Below are positions 19,091 to 28,933 of a stretch of DNA of 64,000 bases, one piece after another. The stretch comes from Candidatus Omnitrophota bacterium (GTDB lineage Bacteria; Omnitrophota; Omnitrophia; Omnitrophales; Aquincolibacteriaceae): assembly GCA_003140935.1 (NCBI GenBank), contig PLLJ01000039.1, positions 12,007-76,006 of the forward strand, read 5' to 3'. Position 1 is the first letter of the stretch; the number at the start of each line of letters is the position of its first letter. The notes under the pieces are model-generated. The model worked only from the letters and a program-made list of their open reading frames with translations. It searched no databases and was not told the origin of the DNA. The translations under genes and the position numbers were made by a program.

Positions 19091-21801
19091 GTTTCTCCTA
19101 CCGTGATATCGACTTTGAGCGGCACCCGGAGCTTATAAGCCCCTTCCATTTCTTGTTTCACAAGCGCCGAAAGCGCGGCGACCTCGTCTAAGGGCGCATC
19201 GAACACCAGCTCGTCGTGCACCTGCATGATCATGAGGCTTTCGTTTTTTTCCTTTTCAAGCTTCCGCTGGATCGCGATCATTGCGATCTTGATCAGGTCC
19301 GCCGCCGATCCCTGGATCGGAGCGTTGATCGCCGAGCGTTCGGCGTACTGACGTAACTGCATGTTGGAGGCGTTGATGTTCGGAAAATAGGATCGCCGAC
19401 CGAGAAGCGTGGTCAAAAACCCGTCTTTTTTAGCTTTTTCCTTTTGCGCGTCCAGAAATTCTTTCACCTTAGCGTAGCGCGTGAAGTAATTCTTAATGAA
19501 CTGATCCGCCTCCGAGATCGGCATGTTCAGGTCCTGTGAGAGCCCGTAGCTCGTCTTGCCGTACACGATGCTGAAGTTGATGGTCTTTGCGGCATTCCGC
19601 ATCTCGCGCGTCACCTCCTTCTCCTTAACGCCATAAAGCAACGTAGCCGTGAACGTGTGGATGTCCCGATCCTCTTCGAACGCCCGGGTCAGATTCGGGT
19701 CCCCGGAAAAATGCGCGAGCACTCTTAGCTCGATTTGCGAATAATCCGCGGAAAGGATCTTCCCTTTTCCTTTGGGCCGAGGCCTCGCCACAAAGGCCTT
19801 CCGGATCAGCCGGCCCATCTCGGTCTTGATCGGAATATTTTGAAGATTCGGTTCCGAGCTCGAGAGCCGCCCCGTATCCGTGGTCGTCTGATTGAACGAG
19901 GTGTGAATGCAATGCGTTTGGGTGTTCACCATCTCCGGTAACGCGTCCAGGTAAGTGGACTTCAATTTCGCGCGCTCCCGGTATTCCAGGATCTTTCGCG
20001 GCAACTCATGCGAAAGGGCCAGCTTTTCAAGCACGCTCGCGTCGGTTGAATATCCGGTCTTGATCTTTTTAAAGGCCGGCAATTTTTTCTGGACGAATAA
20101 TACATCCGCAAGTTGTTTCGGCGAATCCAGATTGAATTCCGTTCCGGCGTCCGCGTGAATGTCCTTCACGAGGGCATCGACCTCCTTCGCGGCTTTTTCC
20201 GAAAGTTCTTTAAGGAACTTTAGGTCCAGCGCCACGCCGTTCATCTCGATCTGCGCCAATACCCCGGACAAAGGCAGTTCGACCTTTTCGTAAAGCTCGG
20301 TAAGCCGAAGCTCTTCCAGCTTCTTTTTCAGGACCGGCGCAAGCCGCATCACGCAATCGGCGTCTTCGCAGGCGTAGGCCGTGATCTGCTCAAGCGGAAC
20401 GGCGTCCATGGTGATGCTTTTTTTCCCCGTTCCGATGAGACTTTCGGTTGTGATCTTTTGCACATTCAAATATTCAAGCGAGATATCGTCGAGATTGTGG
20501 TTCCGTTTGACGGGATCGATCAAATAACTTGCGATCATGGTGTCGAAGGCGACGCCGCAAAGACAAGCCCCGTGGCGCGTCATCACGATCTCGTCATATT
20601 TGATATTCTGCCCGTATTTAACGATTTTACCGTCCTCGAGTACCGGCTTTACAGTATCCAAAACCTGCGCAAGAGGCAGTCCCGGACCTTGGTGTGCCCG
20701 TGAAGACACGGGTATGTAATAGGCGGTAAAGGGCTCCCAACAGAAGCTCATGCCGACCAGGGCGGCCTTCATGGGGTCGGTCGAGGTCGTTTCAGTGTCG
20801 AAGCTAACGGCTTTCGTTTTTTTAAGATCCCTTGTAAAATCTTCGAGCTCTCGGAGCGTTTCGATCGCTTTGTATTTCCGCTCCTTTGTCTCTTGCTTCT
20901 CTTGCCCCACGACGCTTTTGAGGAGTCCCCGGAACTCATACCGTTTATAAAATTCCATCAGAGCCGCGGTCTGCGGCTCGGCCACGCGCAAAGCGTCCCA
21001 ATCGATCTCAAGCATCACATCCGTATCGATCGTCGCAAGCATTTGGGATAATTTCAAGTCTTCCATGTTTTCTTGGATCTTCTGTCTTTGTTTTTCCGAA
21101 GGAACTTCTTCCAGCCTTTCAAGGAGACCGCTCACGGAACCGAATTCCTGGATGAGTTTGATGGCGGTTTTTTCACCGATCCCCGGCACGCCCGGGATAT
21201 TGTCCGAGGCATCCCCCATGAGAGCGAGAATATCCACGACTTTATCGGGTCCGAGCCCGCTAAAACGTTCACGGACCTTTGCGGCGTCATAGATCAGATT
21301 TTCTTTGTGGGGCTGAAGGATCTTGACCTGCTCATCGACCAGTTGGAAGGCGTCTTTATCCCCGGTAATGATAAAAACCTGATAACCTTCTTTTTTCCCC
21401 CGCCTTGCCAAGGTCCCTATCACGTCATCCGCTTCGTACCCCGCTTTTTCAAAGATCGTTAGGTTTGAGACCCGGCAAAACTCCTTGATAGGTTCGATTT
21501 GTTTCACGAGCTCTTCGGGCATGGGTTTGCGGTGCGCCTTGTATTCCTTGTATTGTTCATGCCGGAACGTCGGTTCTTTCCGGTCAAAGCACATAGCAAT
21601 ATAGTCCGGTCTCTGCTCTTCCATGAGCCTGCGCATCATGGTGACGAATCCATAAATGGCGTTGGTCGGCTCGCCCTTGGAATTCGTCAGGTTCGGGATC
21701 GCGTAAAAAGCCCGGTAACAGAAGGAATTGCCATCCACTAGAAACAGTTTTTTCTTTAGAGAATTTCCCGACGGGATCTGCTTTGTCATTTTGAGGTTCA
21801 A
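19075..21801 (-). CDS. polA: DNA polymerase I (5'-3' exo, 3'-5' exo and polymerase domains)
   Basis: SFDTETTS exo I motif. Family-A motifs RRSAKTINFSIVYG and QVHDELVFD. 908 aa. Confidence 0.95.
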   Translation of the reverse strand: MNLKMTKQIPSGNSLKKKLFLVDGNSFCYRAFYAIPNLTNSKGEPTNAIYGFVTMMRRLMEEQRPDYIAMCFDRKEPTFRHEQYKEYKAHRKPMPEELVKQIEPIKEFCRVSNLTIFEKAGYEADDVIGTLARRGKKEGYQVFIITGDKDAFQLVDEQVKILQPHKENLIYDAAKVRERFSGLGPDKVVDILALMGDASDNIPGVPGIGEKTAIKLIQEFGSVSGLLERLEEVPSEKQRQKIQENMEDLKLSQMLATIDTDVMLEIDWDALRVAEPQTAALMEFYKRYEFRGLLKSVVGQEKQETKERKYKAIETLRELEDFTRDLKKTKAVSFDTETTSTDPMKAALVGMSFCWEPFTAYYIPVSSRAHQGPGLPLAQVLDTVKPVLEDGKIVKYGQNIKYDEIVMTRHGACLCGVAFDTMIASYLIDPVKRNHNLDDISLEYLNVQKITTESLIGTGKKSITMDAVPLEQITAYACEDADCVMRLAPVLKKKLEELRLTELYEKVELPLSGVLAQIEMNGVALDLKFLKELSEKAAKEVDALVKDIHADAGTEFNLDSPKQLADVLFVQKKLPAFKKIKTGYSTDASVLEKLALSHELPRKILEYRERAKLKSTYLDALPEMVNTQTHCIHTSFNQTTTDTGRLSSSEPNLQNIPIKTEMGRLIRKAFVARPRPKGKGKILSADYSQIELRVLAHFSGDPNLTRAFEEDRDIHTFTATLLYGVKEKEVTREMRNAAKTINFSIVYGKTSYGLSQDLNMPISEADQFIKNYFTRYAKVKEFLDAQKEKAKKDGFLTTLLGRRSYFPNINASNMQLRQYAERSAINAPIQGSAADLIKIAMIAIQRKLEKEKNESLMIMQVHDELVFDAPLDEVAALSALVKQEMEGAYKLRVPLKVDITVGETWYKN

Positions 21802-22018
21802 TTGAGACCGGGTCTTCGGGTCCTAGGTTCGATTTTCCTGAAAAATACGCGGAAATAGCTGAAAGTGGCGATTAAGACTCTGGGAATAAATTCGAACTGG
21901 ATCTCTTTTGCGTGGAATTTCTCCAAGCCCCGTCTTAACTGAACGCTTTTGGGACCTACCCTCCCTGCTCGAAGGCGGGCATAGGATACCCATGCCTCCC
22001 TGTCGGGTCAAGTTTTAT

Positions 22019-23104
22019 TTATCTTCCTTTGCTTTTGCTTCCGGGCTGGTTTTTGGAAAGCTGAAGACCGAGTTCGCGGGAATCAACGGCAACTTCAAGG
22101 GCGGCTTCATAGCTAATAATGCCCTGGGTATAGAGTTGTTTGAGGTAATCGTCCATCATGATCATGCCGTGGCGCGACCCGGTTTGAAGTTCGGAAAGAA
22201 TCTGATAGGTTTTGCCTTCGCGAATGAGGTTGCGGATGGCCGGCGTTGCGAACATAACCTCGAATGCCGCCACGCGCCCCTTTCCGTCCAAGCGAGGCAC
22301 AAGCACTTGTGAGATCACGGCAACGATCGTGGAGGCGAGTTGCACGCGGACAAGCGGCTGTTGATAGGCGGGGAAAACATCGATGATGCGGTCCACCGTT
22401 CGCGCGGCGCCCGTCGTGTGCAGCGTGGAGAATACTAAATGGCCTGTTTCAGCGGCGCGAATGGCGGTTTCCATGGTCGCCAGGTCGCGCATCTCTCCGA
22501 TCAGAATGACGTCCGGATCCTGACGCAGAGATTTCACAATGGCTTCTGCAAAGCTCGGAACGTCCTCCCCAACTTCCCGCTGGGTGACCACGCACTTTTT
22601 GTGATGGTGCATGAACTCGACCGGATCTTCGGCGGTAATGATATGTTTGGGGAAGTTTTCGTTAATATAATTGAGCATGGTCGCGAGCGAGGTCGTTTTA
22701 CCGCAACCGGTGGGGCCCGTCACAAGCACTAGACCGCGCGGAAGGCTTACCGTCTCGATCAGTTGCGGTGGCAATCCGATCTCCTCAAAGCTGTAAAACT
22801 TTGAGGGAAGGAGCCGCAATACAAGCGAGTACTTACCCTGCTGTTTAAAGCAAGAGACGCGAAAACGCGCCTTTTCCTGGAACGAAAACCCGAAATCGAT
22901 GCCTCCGACCTCTTCGATCTTTTTGCGCTGGACTTCGGTCGTGATCTCTTTGGTCAAGGCTTCCGTATCCTGTTGGGTCAGTGCTTTCTCGCCGACCGAG
23001 ACCAGGGACCCGACCAAGCGGTAGGTCACCGGCCGGCCTACGGTGAGATGAATGTCCGAAGCCTCTTTTTCGACCGCTCCTAACAGAATGTTTTCGATGG
23101 CCAT
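22019..23104 (-). CDS. pilT: Type IV pilus retraction ATPase PilT
   Basis: GPTGCGKTT Walker A, Asp box, His box GHLVFSTLHT. Start set at MAIENILL. Confidence 0.85.
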   Translation of the reverse strand: MAIENILLGAVEKEASDIHLTVGRPVTYRLVGSLVSVGEKALTQQDTEALTKEITTEVQRKKIEEVGGIDFGFSFQEKARFRVSCFKQQGKYSLVLRLLPSKFYSFEEIGLPPQLIETVSLPRGLVLVTGPTGCGKTTSLATMLNYINENFPKHIITAEDPVEFMHHHKKCVVTQREVGEDVPSFAEAIVKSLRQDPDVILIGEMRDLATMETAIRAAETGHLVFSTLHTTGAARTVDRIIDVFPAYQQPLVRVQLASTIVAVISQVLVPRLDGKGRVAAFEVMFATPAIRNLIREGKTYQILSELQTGSRHGMIMMDDYLKQLYTQGIISYEAALEVAVDSRELGLQLSKNQPGSKSKGR

Positions 23105-23309
23105 GAGAAAGCTCCTTTGTCTCGTGAGAGATGGAAAGCGTTTTTTCAGAAACGCTTCCACGTTTTCCGTGTTTAAAATTTATTTCAAAGCTTTTTTAAC
23201 TGGCCCCGCATTGCCTGAGTATTATCTCATTAATCCCTAACGGGGTGAAAACAAATTCGTTGAAATAAATTTTTTCTTCTCGCTATTGTCGGCTTCACAA
23301 GTAAAAATC

Positions 23310-23876
23310 TTAAAAAGCCGGGTTCCAAAGGCCCCATAAGACCATAGAGATCAATCCGGCCAAAAGACACAGGCTTGGCCATCCCTTTATGGAGGCCGGC
23401 ATGGGCGAAAAAAGAAATCTGTATCTTAAGCCCAGGAGACAGGTTTGAAAAAGCGCTATCCCCGCACTGATGACCCCGGCCAGCAGGATGCCTTGCGAAA
23501 GATCGGGCCGTTTTAAACTGATTATAAAAACGCTCGCTATCACGGAAAGAAAGAAGACATCCGTTTTTTTCTGATAGCGCGAAAGCAGATAGGCCGCTAC
23601 CCCAAAACCCAGGATCGCGTATTCCCGGACGCTTGCCCGGATTTCTTCGAAATCTGCGGCAAGCGCGAAAAGCGCGAGGATCAAACTTGTTGTAAGAAAA
23701 AGATCCACGGCTTCGCGAACAATGCGCCTGAGACCCTCACTGGGTCTTTGCAGAGGCGCAGGCCTCGCGCCACGCATCGCCAGCAGAAAACCAAAGGTGA
23801 TGATCAAAAAATACATTTTATCCTTTCCTGCGATAGGGTTGATTTTTCCATAAAAAAGCAAGGGCCGCGGCCACAA
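23310..23876 (-). CDS. Polytopic membrane protein, possibly a divergent short RnfA/RnfE-like subunit
   Basis: 4-5 TM helices. Contains SVREYAILGFG, reminiscent of the (A/G)(I/V)RE(L/I)xGxG signature of RnfA/RnfE C-termini. Weak. Confidence 0.25.
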   Translation of the reverse strand: MWPRPLLFYGKINPIAGKDKMYFLIITFGFLLAMRGARPAPLQRPSEGLRRIVREAVDLFLTTSLILALFALAADFEEIRASVREYAILGFGVAAYLLSRYQKKTDVFFLSVIASVFIISLKRPDLSQGILLAGVISAGIALFQTCLLGLRYRFLFSPMPASIKGWPSLCLLAGLISMVLWGLWNPAF

Positions 23877-24345
23877 GCAACATGCCGGCCGGCTGTTCGA
23901 ACGCTTTTATTCCCAGACTGTTTTCCCCGATCTCCCGGACAAACGTCAACAGCATCACGAAACCCGCAAAGCCGACTCCTGTCAGGACTCTTTCAAAAAA
24001 ATATCGCGGCACTTTTTTGGAAAAAACGCGGACATGGCTAGCTTTTGCCGTATCATCGAGAAAAGAAACCGGGGTCAAAAAGAAAACGCTCACGATCCAG
24101 TAGGGCGGCAGCTTCGTGAGCATCCACATGGCTTGCGCCCACACGATAAGCCAGAGGAAAAAAGCGTGTTTCAGAGAACGATCGGGGAAAAGGCGTCGTG
24201 TGAACCAGAAAAAAAAGATCGTGCCCCAAAGAAACATGACGATCCAGATCGCTGCAACGCCGGCCTTGAAAAAACCATAGGGATAGACCATGAACGGAAG
24301 ATAGGCTAAAAACATTCTCGAGAATAGCCTTTCAGGTAGTTTCAT
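23818..24345 (-). CDS. Polytopic membrane protein, possibly a divergent short RnfA/RnfE-like subunit
   Basis: 4 TM helices. C-terminal FVREIGENSLG … resembles the RnfA/RnfE VRELIGNGTLF motif. Weak. Confidence 0.3.
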   Translation of the reverse strand: MKLPERLFSRMFLAYLPFMVYPYGFFKAGVAAIWIVMFLWGTIFFFWFTRRLFPDRSLKHAFFLWLIVWAQAMWMLTKLPPYWIVSVFFLTPVSFLDDTAKASHVRVFSKKVPRYFFERVLTGVGFAGFVMLLTFVREIGENSLGIKAFEQPAGMLLVAAALAFLWKNQPYRRKG

Positions 24346-24480
24346 TCGGACCAGGATCCCATGTTTTTTACCCTCTCAGCAGCCGCGCCGCGTAAAGAAT
24401 GGCGACAAGCAGCCCCAGAAAAAACACAAAGAACAGATATTTCAATCCTAGGATTGTCCAAGTTTTTATTTTTTTCATGC

Positions 24481-25338
24481 TCATGTCGAATAAGTCACTT
24501 TAAGGGAATGTTTCGCCTTGTAGGGGATGGGTTTGAGCCAGACATCCAGCCAAGGCGTCAAAAGATTCATCAAAAGAACGGCATATCCCACCGAACGGAT
24601 TGAGAATCCCTCCGGGCTGAGCCTCGAGCTTAAAATCGCCGCGCCCAGAACGAAAAGGGCTGTCCCCTTGCGGGTCAAGGGCAGGGTCACAGGATCCGCT
24701 AAGAGAAAAAAGGACGTCAAAAGAACACCGCTAAAAAAGGCGGCTGGCGTCCCTTGTCCTCCGAACAAAACTTCGCAAATAAAGCAGACGGACATGAAAA
24801 AGATTGGCGTTTCCCAATAACCCTGTTTTTGTTTGAGAAGAATGATCCCGCCGAGACCAAAGCTGGCGAGCGTCCAGACGCTGCCGCCGCCAACCAGAAG
24901 CATCGGTTCCGACATAACTTTCGGGAAGCAGAGCTGTAAAAATATACGCGCCAAAAAAAGCGGGTGCAAAGGGTAAGATCCTGCTCCGCCCAAAAGCTCT
25001 TTGGCGGCAAAAACCACCATAAAAACACCAAGCACCACAACTTCGGAGGGACATCTCGAAGGCATGAGCAGTGAAAAGAGGGCCGCGGCAAGCACGGCTT
25101 CACCGTTTTTCAAATTTTCTTTTTTACGAAAAAGTTTTGCTGCCAGGAATTCGAATGCGGTCGTACTCACCAGGCAGATTAAGAAAACGCGCAGAATTTC
25201 CGCGGGGCCCATGAGACAGGCTGTCACAAAAACGGGCACGAGTGCGATCAATTGCCCCCAATACCGTTTGGCTAAAGAATCCGCGGAATGAACATGCGGC
25301 GGCAAAGCCGTTCTATAAAATGTCTTCGCTTCAGTCAC
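24481..25338 (-). CDS. rnfD: RnfD/NqrB-family membrane subunit (short form)
   Basis: Multi-TM. C-terminal GYAVLLMNLLTPWLD resembles the RnfD AILLMNxxVP(L)ID motif. Overlaps rnfC by 8 nt. Confidence 0.5.
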   Translation of the reverse strand: MTEAKTFYRTALPPHVHSADSLAKRYWGQLIALVPVFVTACLMGPAEILRVFLICLVSTTAFEFLAAKLFRKKENLKNGEAVLAAALFSLLMPSRCPSEVVVLGVFMVVFAAKELLGGAGSYPLHPLFLARIFLQLCFPKVMSEPMLLVGGGSVWTLASFGLGGIILLKQKQGYWETPIFFMSVCFICEVLFGGQGTPAAFFSGVLLTSFFLLADPVTLPLTRKGTALFVLGAAILSSRLSPEGFSIRSVGYAVLLMNLLTPWLDVWLKPIPYKAKHSLKVTYST

Positions 25339-26704
25339 GGGTCACCGCCGGATCCGAAAGAGCGCGGGCTGAGCGGATCAGTCTCAGCATCGGCCGTTTG
25401 GAGGGGCATATATAGGCGCAATTGCCGCATTCGATGCACTCCCCGACATTCCATTCTTTCGCAACGGCAAATTCTTTTTGTTCCGCGGCCAACGTGATCA
25501 TCGCGGGCGAAAGCATAACGGGGCAATGATCCACGCAAAGGTTGCAACGAATACAAGGCTCCTCCGTTTCTTCTTTTGAGATCTCTTCGGGAAGCGCGAG
25601 AATGGCGTTCGTCCCGGCCGTCACGGGAACCTCCGTCGTCACTTGCGCCGTCCCGGCCATGGGTCCCCCCATCAGGATCCTCTGGGGTTCGCGCATGACC
25701 CCTTTGCAGGCGTGGATCGCATCGTGGAAAGAAATTCCGACCGGCAGCCAAAGGTTCCTCGGCTCGACCACGCATTCACCGCCTACGGTCACGACCCTTT
25801 CGTAAAAAGGTTTCTGCTGCGCCACCGCTTCATAAACCGCGAACGCGGTGGACGCCGGAAAAACGACGGCCTCGTTTTCCTCTCCCGGAAACCATGCCTG
25901 AAGCAGCGTGCTTTCCAGCCCTTGGGGATAGAGTGCGGGCACGGTCCGGACCTCTACGTGCTCCCACTTCAGAAAATAGATCTTGCTCTTGATCAGTTCG
26001 ATCATCTCGAGATTGCAATCCTCGAGCGCAAAAAAGATCTTTTCGGCGTCGAGGGCTTTTTTGAGCAATTCGGCGCCTTTTAAAATTTCCAAGGAGTGAG
26101 ACATGATGAGCACTTGTTCGCAGGTGACATAAGGTTCGGGCTCACAACCGTTGATAATGACCGTTCGTGCTCCGGCATATCGCCTAAGCTTAATGTGAAC
26201 GGGTTCCATGACCGGGTCCGTCGTTACAAGCCCGGCATGCTGGAGAATCCCCGGCAGTTCTTCTGCCGGGATCTCTTCCCATCCTTTGTGTGTTTCCACC
26301 AAAGGAAGGGTTTTAGGTTCCCTGTGTTTATGAATTTCGATCATCCTCTTTTCCGAGCTCGTCACACTCGGAAAAACCGCGATCTTCTCCACCGTGCCTG
26401 GCATGCCAGCATGAAGGCTCACGCCTTCCGGCCCTTGAGCCTCCGCGATCTTTTGTCCGGTTTGAACCGTCTGGCCGATCTTGACGCACGGCTTTGAAAA
26501 GTCCGGAATGGGAATGCGTATTTTTTCGGGCGGGTAAGGCCGTTTAAGATTGCAATTCAGCAAACTTGCGTCTTTTTTTCTTTCGAGCCGGATGCCGATG
26601 GCTTTCCGTTCAGGCTTCTTATTTCTTTTTTTGAACGGCGGCTTGGGTGATCCTGATTTCAACTTTGTTGAAATGGATGATAAGGAAGGGGACCGTTTGG
26701 ACAA
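25331..26704 (-). CDS. rnfC: RnfC-like electron-transport subunit (barrel-sandwich N-domain, NADH-binding-like domain, two 4Fe-4S ferredoxin motifs)
   Basis: RnfC_N-like KIGQTVQTGQKIAEAQG…HAGMPGTV. IINGCEPEPY (RnfC iiNgaECEPY-like). C-terminal CIRCNLCVDHCP and CIECGNCAYICP. Confidence 0.7.
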   Translation of the reverse strand: MSKRSPSLSSISTKLKSGSPKPPFKKRNKKPERKAIGIRLERKKDASLLNCNLKRPYPPEKIRIPIPDFSKPCVKIGQTVQTGQKIAEAQGPEGVSLHAGMPGTVEKIAVFPSVTSSEKRMIEIHKHREPKTLPLVETHKGWEEIPAEELPGILQHAGLVTTDPVMEPVHIKLRRYAGARTVIINGCEPEPYVTCEQVLIMSHSLEILKGAELLKKALDAEKIFFALEDCNLEMIELIKSKIYFLKWEHVEVRTVPALYPQGLESTLLQAWFPGEENEAVVFPASTAFAVYEAVAQQKPFYERVVTVGGECVVEPRNLWLPVGISFHDAIHACKGVMREPQRILMGGPMAGTAQVTTEVPVTAGTNAILALPEEISKEETEEPCIRCNLCVDHCPVMLSPAMITLAAEQKEFAVAKEWNVGECIECGNCAYICPSKRPMLRLIRSARALSDPAVTRD

Positions 26705-26721
26705 GAAGGGTTCCTTTCGGG

Positions 26722-27456
26722 CTATGGAGAAGGGGTGGCGCCGACAAAATTTCCTGCGATTTTGTCGATCCGGATGCGCTCCTGAAAAATCTCTTTGAGC
26801 TTTCCAAATTGGCAGCTGTCCATGTTGAGCCCCTCAATATTAGGCAGACTGCCAAGGATCGGCACTCCGGAAAGGTCGTGAATGACTTTCGGATTGGTGA
26901 GTTCGGCCAGCGAGTAATTCGTTACGGAAACGCGGTTAAAGATAACGCCGCGCACTTCCAGCCCCCGGATCGTGGCCGCATCCACGGTAAGCAATGTGTG
27001 ATTGATCGCGCCAAGCCCCGCGTACGACACGATCACGATGGGCAACCCCATATCGCGAATGAGATTGGCTACATAATAATCTTTCTTGAGAGGGACCATA
27101 AGCCCCCCCACGCCTTCGACGATCATAAAATCATAGTGTTTTTGAAGCGAGCGGAAACTTTTAAGAATCTTAGGAACATCCACTTCTCTTTTTTCAAGCG
27201 TGGCCGCGACGTTCGGTGAAAGAGCATTGCGAAAACGCGACGGGCTCGTAAGCGGCGGGTATTCGTTCTGGGCGGCCTCCATCAAGAAAGCCGCGTCTTG
27301 TGAAACAAGCCGCCCGTCGCCGCCATAACAGCCGGTCGCCACGGGTTTCATCACGCCGACCTTCATCCCCCGGTCCCGGAGGACAAGTGCCAGCCCGGCG
27401 GAAATCACTGTTTTGCCGACGTCTGTGTCCGTCCCGGTAATAAAAATCCCGGTTTT
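26722..27456 (-). CDS. bioD: Dethiobiotin synthetase
   Basis: MKTGIFITGTDTDVGKTVISAGL P-loop typical of BioD. Confidence 0.85.
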   Translation of the reverse strand, partial: KTGIFITGTDTDVGKTVISAGLALVLRDRGMKVGVMKPVATGCYGGDGRLVSQDAAFLMEAAQNEYPPLTSPSRFRNALSPNVAATLEKREVDVPKILKSFRSLQKHYDFMIVEGVGGLMVPLKKDYYVANLIRDMGLPIVIVSYAGLGAINHTLLTVDAATIRGLEVRGVIFNRVSVTNYSLAELTNPKVIHDLSGVPILGSLPNIEGLNMDSCQFGKLKEIFQERIRIDKIAGNFVGATPSP

Positions 27457-27559
27457 CATGGTTTCCTCTGGAAACCGGATAACGGATGGGGGGCGGAACA
27501 TGGCGTAAAGCCGCTTTTTCCATTCCCTGTCCACCATCCTTTATTCGTAACTTTTCTAT

Positions 27560-28933
27560 TCATTCCGTCACTTCCTTGATCGATTCATAGGTGATATCAA
27601 GCAACCCGTTGAGCTCCGCTTCCGTCATTCCAAGCGGCGGCATAAGTACGATCACTGGGCCCAGCGGGCGAAGGATCGCACCTTTTTTACGCGCCCGCTC
27701 GATCACGCGAACGCCGATCTTTTCTTTCGGATCAAAGGCTTCTTTTGTTCTTTGGTCGCGGACAAGTTCAATCCCGACCATCACGCCGCATTGCCGGATA
27801 TTGCCGACGCACTTAAGCTTGTAAAAAGCCTTGAGGCGTTCTTTAATGAGCCGTATCTTGGGTTGTAATTTTTCCAGTGTCTTTTGTTTTTCAAAAAGTT
27901 CGAGATTCGCGATCGCTGCCGCGCAGGCTAACGGGTTCGCCGTGTATGTGTGGCCGTGAAAGAACGTTTTGAATTCTTCGTGCCGGCCCAAGAACGCGCC
28001 GTAGATCTCCTCGGTTGCAAGCGTCGCGGCAAGTGGAAGATAGCCGCCGGTGATCCCTTTGGCAACTGCCATGATATCGGGCGTTATGTTTTCGTGGTTC
28101 GCGGCGAACATTTTGCCGGTCCGCCCGAACCCCGTCGCGACCTCGTCAAAGATCAGGAGCGTATTATACTTTCGCGTCAGCTCCCTGGCACGGGAAATGT
28201 ATCCCGGCGGCTGGCCGATCATTCCCGCGGCTCCTTGCATGAGCGGTTCCATCACGAACGCGGCAAGCTCCGCGTGATGTTCTCTTAAAACTTTTTCCAT
28301 GGCTTCCAAGGCTTCTTTTTTCACTTTTCCCGGAGCGCTGCCCGTTTCCCAGCGATAGCGGTAAGGCGATGGGATCGCGAACGTATCAAAAAGAAGCGGC
28401 TTGTAGATCCGGTGAAAGAGGTCGATCCCGCCGACGCTCACGGACCCGAGTGTGTCGCCATGATAGGCGTTCACAAGTCTCGAGAATTTCTTCTTTCCAG
28501 GACATCCCTTTTGGGCCCAATATTGGAACGCCATCTTCAGCGCGATCTCTACGGCCTCGGATCCGGAATCGGAATAAAAAACCCGGGTAAGCCCCTTGGG
28601 AGCGATCGCGATGAGCTTTTCCGCCAGTTCGATGGCTGCCGGATGGGTGAGCCCGAGAAATGTGCTGTGGGAAATTTTCTTAAGCTGTTTCTCGATCGCC
28701 CGGTCGAGTTCCTTGACCCGGTGGCCATGAACGTTGCACCAAAGCGACGACACCCCGTCGAGATATTTCCTTCCCTCAGTATCGACGAGATAGCAGCCCT
28801 CCCCTTTTTCAATGACCACCACTTTGTCGGTCTGCCACTCTTTCATTTGGGTGAAAGGATGCCAAAGATATTTTCGGTCCTTAGCGATCAACTCTGCCGT
28901 TCCTATCTTTTTGTCTCGCATCCGTGTATTCAT
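27560..28933 (-). CDS. bioA: Adenosylmethionine-8-amino-7-oxononanoate aminotransferase
   Basis: Class-III aminotransferase motifs (DEVATGFGRTG, PLP-Lys in AVAKGITGG) with a BioA-like N-terminus. Sits in the bio operon. Confidence 0.9.
   Translation of the reverse strand: MNTRMRDKKIGTAELIAKDRKYLWHPFTQMKEWQTDKVVVIEKGEGCYLVDTEGRKYLDGVSSLWCNVHGHRVKELDRAIEKQLKKISHSTFLGLTHPAAIELAEKLIAIAPKGLTRVFYSDSGSEAVEIALKMAFQYWAQKGCPGKKKFSRLVNAYHGDTLGSVSVGGIDLFHRIYKPLLFDTFAIPSPYRYRWETGSAPGKVKKEALEAMEKVLREHHAELAAFVMEPLMQGAAGMIGQPPGYISRARELTRKYNTLLIFDEVATGFGRTGKMFAANHENITPDIMAVAKGITGGYLPLAATLATEEIYGAFLGRHEEFKTFFHGHTYTANPLACAAAIANLELFEKQKTLEKLQPKIRLIKERLKAFYKLKCVGNIRQCGVMVGIELVRDQRTKEAFDPKEKIGVRVIERARKKGAILRPLGPVIVLMPPLGMTEAELNGLLDITYESIKEVTE

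Noticed and set aside
21802-22018. GGTTCGATT (T-loop-like) string and small hairpins in the pilT-polA spacer, considered as a tRNA or ncRNA.
   Set aside because: No acceptor, D or anticodon stems can be built around it. Most likely just the polA promoter / pilT 3' region.
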